This document shows, piece by piece, positions 57,051 through 64,000 of a stretch of DNA of 64,000 nt. A model generated the notes under the pieces. The model was not told where the DNA came from. It ran no database searches and saw nothing but the letters and a program-made list of their open reading frames with translations. The DNA comes from Auanema rhodensis (taxonomy: Eukaryota > Animalia > Nematoda). How positions within the stretch are numbered: the first letter of the stretch is position 1; each line of letters begins with the position of its first letter. The DNA lies in the NCBI GenBank assembly GCA_964057225.1, contig OZ059897.1, positions 5,084,001 through 5,148,000 of the forward strand, written 5' to 3'. The position numbers and the translations under genes were made by a program.

Positions 57051-59866
57051 AGTCATGGTTACCATGCACCAATATCAATAAAAATTTGTTTTTAGACTAA
57101 TATGGACATGTGGAATCTAATTTTGAAAACCGCATCTCTTTATCTTTCACGTGAAGCAAGTTACATACCAAGTGCACATCACGTGTACATTTAATTAGCA
57201 TAAATTAAAGTTCACGTAAATTTCAAAGTCATGGTTACCATGCACCAATATCAATAAAAATTTGTTTTTAGACTAATATGGACATGGGGAATCTAATTTT
57301 GAAAACCGCATCTCTTTATCTTTCACGTGAAGCAAGTTACATACCAAGTGCACAGCACGTGTACATTTAATTAGCATAAATTAAAGTTCACGTAAATTTC
57401 AAAGTCATGGTTACCATGCACCAATATCAATAAAAATTTGTTTTTAGACTAATATGGACATGGGGAATCTAATTTTGGGAACCGCATCTCTTTATCTTTC
57501 ACGTGAAGCAAGTTAGATACCAAGTACACATCACGTGCACATTTAATTAGCATAAATTAAAGTTCACGTAAATTTCAAAGTCATGGTTACCATGCACCAA
57601 TATCAATAAAAATTTGTTTTTAAACTAATATGGACATGTGGAATCTAATTTTGAAAACCGCATCTCTTTATCTTTCACGTGAAGTGAGTTACATACCAAG
57701 TGCACATCACGTGTACATTTAATTAGCATAAATTAAAGTTCACGTAAATTTCAAAGTCATGGTTACCATGAACCAATATCAATAACAATTTGTTTTTAGA
57801 CTAATATGTACATGTGGAATCTAATTTTGAAAACCGCATCTCTTTATCTTTCACGTGAAGTGAGTTACATACCAAGTGCACATCACGTGTACATTTAATT
57901 AGCATAAATTAAAGTTCACGTAAATTTCAAAGTCATGGTTACCATGAACCAATATCAATAACAATTTGTTTTTAGACTAATATGGACATGTGGAATCTAA
58001 TTTTGGGAACCGCATCTCTTTATCTTTCACGTGAAGCAAGTTAGATACCAAGTACACATCACGTGCACATTTAATTAGCATAAATTAAAGTTCACGTAAA
58101 TTTCAAAGTCATGGTTACCATGCACCAATATCAATAAAAATTTGTTTTTAAACTAATATGGACATGTGGAATCTAATTTTGAAAACCGCATCTCTTTATC
58201 TTTCACGTGAAGTGAGTTACATACCAAGTGCACATCACGTGTACATTTAATTAGCATAAATTAAAGTTCACGTAAATTTCAAAGTCATGGTTACCATGCA
58301 CTAATATCAATAAAAATTTGTTTTTAGACTAATATGAACATGGGGAATCTAATTTTGAAAATCGCATCTCTTTATCTTTCACGTGAAGCGAGTTACATAC
58401 CCAGTGCACATCACGTGCACATTTAATTAGCATAAATTAAAGTTCACGTAAATTTCAGAGTCATGGTTACCATGCACCAATATCAATAAAAATTTGTTTT
58501 TAGACTAATATGGACATGTGGAATCTAATTTTGAAAACCGCATCTCTTTATCTTTCACGTGAAGCAAGTTACATACCAAGTGCACATCACGTGTACATTT
58601 AATTAGCATAAATTAAAGTTCACGTAAATTTCAAAGTCATGGTTACCATGCACCAATATCAATAAAAATTTGTTTTTAGACTAATATGGACATGGGGAAT
58701 CTAATTTTGAAAACCGCATCTCTTTATCTTTCACGTGAAGCAAGTTACATACCAAGTGCACAGCACGTGTACATTTAATTAGCATAAATTAAAGTTCACG
58801 TAAATTTCAAAGTCATGGTTACCATGCACCAATATCAATAAAAATTTGTTTTTAGACTAATATGGACATGGGGAATCTAATTTTGGGAACCGCATCTCTT
58901 TATCTTTCACGTGAAGCAAGTTAGATACCAAGTACACATCACGTGCACATTTAATTAGCATAAATTAAAGTTCACGTAAATTTCAAAGTCATGGTTACCA
59001 TGCACCAATATCAATAAAAATTTGTTTTTAAACTAATATGGACATGTGGAATCTAATTTTGAAAACCGCATCTCTTTATCTTTCACGTGAAGTGAGTTAC
59101 ATACCAAGTGCACATCACGTGTACATTTAATTAGCATAAATTAAAGTTCACGTAAATTTCAAAGTCATGGTTACCATGAACCAATATCAATAACAATTTG
59201 TTTTTAGACTAATATGTACATGTGGAATCTAATTTTGAAAACCGCATCTCTTTATCTTTCACGTGAAGTGAGTTACATACCAAGTGCACATCACGTGTAC
59301 ATTTAATTAGCATAAATTAAAGTTCACGTAAATTTCAAAGTCATGGTTACCATGAACCAATATCAATAACAATTTGTTTTTAGACTAATATGGACATGTG
59401 GAATCTAATTTTGGGAACCGCATCTCTTTATCTTTCACGTGAAGCAAGTTAGATACCAAGTACACATCACGTGCACATTTAATTAGCATAAATTAAAGTT
59501 CACGTTAATTTCAAAGTCATGGTTACCATGCACCAATATCAATAAAAATTTGTTTTTAAACTAATATGGACATGTGGAATCTAATTTTGAAAACCGCATC
59601 TCTTTATCTTTCACGTGAAGTGAGTTACATACCAAGTGCACATCACGTGTACATTTAATTAGCATAAATTAAAGTTCACGTAAATTTCAAAGTCATGGTT
59701 ACCATGCACTAATATCAATAAAAATTTGTTTTTAGACTAATATGAACATGGGGAATCTAATTTTGAAAATCGCATCTCTTTATCTTTCACGTGAAGCGAG
59801 TTACATACCCAGTGCACATCACGTGCACATTTAATTAGCATAAATTAAAGTTCACGTAAATTTCAG
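57051..59866. repeat. 8-monomer (1408 bp) HOR, two near-identical copies plus a partial third
   Basis: TTTCAGAG lies at 57050, 58458 and 59866. TGTACATGTG monomers start at 57755/59163, and GGGAACC/TTAGAT and TAAACT monomers follow the same order in both copies. Confidence 0.9.
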
Positions 59867-62800
59867 AGTCATGGTTACCATGCACCAATATCAATAAAAA
59901 TTTGTTTTTAGACTAATATGGACATGTGGAATCTAATTTTGAAAACCGCATCTCTTTATCTTTCACGTGAAGCAAGTTACATACCAAGTGCACATCACGT
60001 GTACATTTAATTAGCATAAATTAAAGTTCACGTAAATTTCAAAGTCATGGTTACCATGCACCAATATCAATAAAAATTTGTTTTTAGACTAATATGGACA
60101 TGGGGAATCTAATTTTGAAAACCGCATCTCTTTATCTTTCACGTGAAGCAAGTTACATACCAAGTGCACAGCACGTGTACATTTAATTAGCATAAATTAA
60201 AGTTCACGTAAATTTCAAAGTCATGGTTACCATGCACCAATATCAATAAAAATTTGTTTTTAGACTAATATGGACATGGGGAATCTAATTTTGGGAACCG
60301 CATCTCTTTATCTTTCACGTGAAGCAAGTTAGATACCAAGTACACATCACGTGCACATTTAATTAGCATAAATTAAAGTTCACGTAAATTTCAAAGTCAT
60401 GGTTACCATGCACCAATATCAATAAAAATTTGTTTTTAGACTAATATGGACATGGGGAATCTAATTTTGAAAACCGCATCTCTTTATCTTTCACGTGAAG
60501 CAAGTTACATACCAAGTGCACAGCACGTGTACATTTAATTAGCATAAATTAAAGTTCACGTAAATTTCAAAGTCATGGTTACCATGCACCAATATCAATA
60601 AAAATTTGTTTTTAGACTAATATGGACATGGGGAATCTAATTTTGGGAACCGCATCTCTTTATCTTTCACGTGAAGCAAGTTAGATACCAAGTACACATC
60701 ACGTGCACATTTAATTAGCATAAATTAAAGTTCACGTAAATTTCAAAGTCATGGTTACCATGCACCAATATCAATAAAAATTTGTTTTTAAACTAATATG
60801 GACATGTGGAATCTAATTTTGAAAACCGCATCTCTTTATCTTTCACGTGAAGTGAGTTACATACCAAGTGCACATCACGTGTACATTTAATTAGCATAAA
60901 TTAAAGTTCACGTAAATTTCAAAGTCATGGTTACCATGAACCAATATCAATAACAATTTGTTTTTAGACTAATATGGACATGTGGAATCTAATTTTGAAA
61001 ACCGCATCTCTTTATCTTTCACGTGAAGTGAGTTACATACCAAGTGCACATCACGTGTACATTTAATTAGCATAAATTAAAGTTCACGTAAATTTCAAAG
61101 TCATGGTTACCATGCACTAATATCAATAAAAATTTGTTTTTAGACTAATATGGACATGGGGAATCTAATTTTGAAAACCGCATCTCTATATCTTTCACGT
61201 GAAGCGAGTTACATACCAAGTGCACATCACGTGTACATTTAATTAGCATAAATTAAAGTTCACGTAAATTTCAAAGTCATGGTTACCATGCACTAATATC
61301 AATACAAATTTGTTTTTAGACTAATATGGACATGTGGAATCTAATTTTGAAAACCGCATCTCTTTATCTTTCACGTGAAGTGAGTTACATACCAAGTGCA
61401 CATCACGTGTACATTCAATTAGCATAAATTAAAGTTCACGTAAATTTCAAAATCATGGTTACCATGCACCAATATCAATAAAAATTTGTTTTTAGACTAA
61501 TATGGACATGTGGAATCTAATTTTGAAAACCGCATCTCTTTATCTTTCACGTGAAGCGAGTTACATACCAAGTGCACATCACGTGCACATTTAATTAGCA
61601 TAAATTAAAGTTCACGTAAATTTCAAAGTCATGGTTACCATGCACCAATATCAATAAAAATTTGTTTTTAGACTAATATGGACATGTGGAATCTAAATTT
61701 GAAAACCGCATCTCTTTATCTTTCACGTGAAGCAAGTTACTTACCAAGTGCACAGCACGTGTACATTTAATTAGCATAAATTAAAGTTCACGTAAATTTC
61801 AAAGTCATGGTTACCATGCACCAATATCAATAAAAATTTGTTTTTAGACTAATATGGACATGGGGAATCTAATTGTGAAAACCGCATCTCTTTATCTTTC
61901 ACGTGAAGCGAGTTACATACCAAGTGCACATCACGTGTACATTTAATTAGCATTAATTAAAGTTCACGTAAATTTCAAAGTCATGGTTACCATGAACCAA
62001 TATCAATAACATTTTGTTTTTAGACTAATATGGACATGTGGAATCTAATTTTGAAAACCGCATCTCTTTATCTTTCACGTGAAGTGAGTTACATACCAAG
62101 TGCACATCACGTGTACATTTAATTAGCATAAATTAAAGTTCACGTAAATTTCAAAGTCATGGTTACCATGAACCAATATCAATAACAATTTGTTTTTAGA
62201 CTAATATGGACATGTGGAATCTAATTTTGAAAACCGCATCTCTTTATCTTTCACGTGAAGTGAGTTACATACCAAGTGCACATCACGTGTACATTTAATT
62301 AGCATAAATTAAAGTTCACGTAAATTTCAAAGTCATGGTTACCATGCACTAATATCAATAAAAATTTGTTTTTAGACTAATATGGACATGGGGAATCTAA
62401 TTTTGAAAACCGCATCTCTTTATCTTTCACGTGAAGCAAGTTACATACCAAGTGCACAGCACGTGTACATTTAATTAGCATAAATTAAAGTTCACGTAAA
62501 TTTCAAAGTCATGGTTACCATGCACCAATATCAATAAAAATTTGTTTTTAGACTAATATGGACATGGGGAATCTAATTTTGGGAACCGCATCTCTTTATC
62601 TTTCACGTGAAGCAAGTTAGATACCAAGTACACATCACGTGCACATTTAATTAGCATAAATTAAAGTTCACGTAAATTTCAAAGTCATGGTTTCCATGCA
62701 CCAATATCAATAAAAATTTGTTTTTAGACTAATATGGACATGTGGAATCTAATTTTGAAAACCGCATCTTTTTATCTTTCACGTGAAGTGAGTTACATAC

Positions 62801-64000
62801 CAAGTGCACATCACGTGTACATTTAATTAGCATAAATTAAAGTTCACGTAAATTTCAAAGTCATGGTTACCATGAACCAATATCAATAACAATTTGTTTT
62901 TAGACTAATATGGACATGTGGAATCTAATTTTGAAAACCGCATCTCTTTATCTTTCACGTGAAGCGAGTTACATACCAAGTGCACATCACGTGTACATTT
63001 AATTAGCATTAATTAAAGTTCACGTAAATTTCAAAGTCATGGTTACCATGAACCAATATCAATAACAATTTGTTTTTAGACTAATATGGACATGTGGAAT
63101 CTAATTTTGAAAACCGCATCTCTTTATCTTTCACGTGAAGCAAGTTACATACCAAGTGCACAGCACGTGTACATTTAATTAGCATAAATTAAAGTTCACG
63201 TAAATTTCAAAGTCATGGTTACCATGCACCAATATCAATAAAAATTTGTTTTTAGACTAATATGGACATGGGGAATCTAATTGTGAAAACCGCATCTCTT
63301 TATCTTTCACGTGAAGCGAGTTACATACCAAGTGCACATCACGTGTACATTTAATTAGCATTAATTAAAGTTCACGTAAATTTCAAAGTCATGGTTACCA
63401 TGAACCAATATCAATAACAATTTGTTTTTAGACTAATATGGACATGTGGAATCTAATTTTGAAAACCGCATCTCTTTATCTTTCACGTGAAGTGAGTTAC
63501 ATACCAAGTGCACATCACGTGTACATTTAATTAGCATAAATTAAAGTTCACGTAAATTTCAAAGTCATGGTTACCATGCACTAATATCAATAAAAATTTG
63601 TTTTTAGACTAATATGGACATGGGGAATCTAATTTTGAAAACCGCATCTCTTTATCTTTCACGTGAAGCAAGTTACATACCAAGTGCACAGCACGTGTAC
63701 ATTTAATTAGCATAAATTAAAGTTCACGTAAATTTCAAAGTCATGGTTACCATGCACCAATATCAATAAAAATTTGTTTTTAGACTAATATGGACATGGG
63801 GAATCTAATTTTGGGAACCGCATCTCTTTATCTTTCACGTGAAGCAAGTTAGATATCAAGTACACATCACGTGCACATTTAATTAGCATAAATTAAAGTT
63901 CACGTAAATTTCAAAATCATGGTTACCATGCACCAATATCAATAAAAATTTGTTTTTAGACTAATATGGACATGTGGAATCTAATTTTGAAAACCGCATC

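Larger units (their letters stand above)
1..64000. repeat. Tandem satellite DNA array, 176-bp monomer, ~363.5 copies, head-to-tail; probably centromeric/pericentromeric or other heterochromatic satellite
   Basis: AGTCATGGTTACCATG recurs at 1, 177, 353 ... 2641 (15x176+1). The last monomer starts at 63915 = 1 + 363x176 + 26 bp of net indels. The array runs off both window ends with no unique sequence. The chromosomal role is inferred from monomer size, AT-richness and homogeneity, and is less certain than the repeat call. Confidence 0.99.

Noticed and set aside
1-64000. CRISPR array or other repeat-spacer system
   Set aside because: There are no unique spacers. The whole 176 bp is repeated and variation is limited to SNPs; no cas or other genes are present.
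1-64000. Idea that the order of SNP variants forms an information-bearing code
   Set aside because: The patterns are adequately explained by nested tandem duplication, deletion and conversion of monomers.
1-64000. Embedded transposon, inversion or telomeric repeat
   Set aside because: The monomer register is accounted for end to end (363x176 + 26 + 86 = 64000), leaving no room for inserted sequence. No strand switch was seen.

Overview
The whole 64-kb window is one uninterrupted head-to-tail tandem satellite array. It holds 363 complete copies plus 86 bp of an AT-rich (~32% GC) 176-bp monomer, consensus AGTCATGGTTACCATGCACCAATATCAATAAAAATTTGTTTTTAGACTAATATGGACATGGGGAATCTAATTTTGAAAACCGCATCTCTTTATCTTTCACGTGAAG[CG/CA/TG]AGTTACATACCAAGTGCACATCACGTGTACATTTAATTAGCATAAATTAAAGTTCACGTAAATTTCAA. 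Copies differ from consensus by about 0-6 substitutions. The only indels I found are nine copies of one 3-bp ATC duplication and one 1-bp deletion; their net +26 bp accounts for the register shift across the window. I see no genes, RNA genes, CRISPR spacers, transposon insertions or inversions, and the single ORF in the track is a by-product of one stop-removing SNP. The organisation is typical of eukaryotic centromeric, pericentromeric or other heterochromatic satellite DNA, but I cannot name the family or organism. The interesting content is structural: dense dyad symmetries and phased CACGT motifs in the monomer, a CG/CA/TG hypervariable site suggesting CpG methylation, nested and locally changing higher-order repeats (4- to ~26-mers), and a left-to-right turnover of variants. 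I found no evidence for a novel protein-coding system. All variant calls were made by eye.
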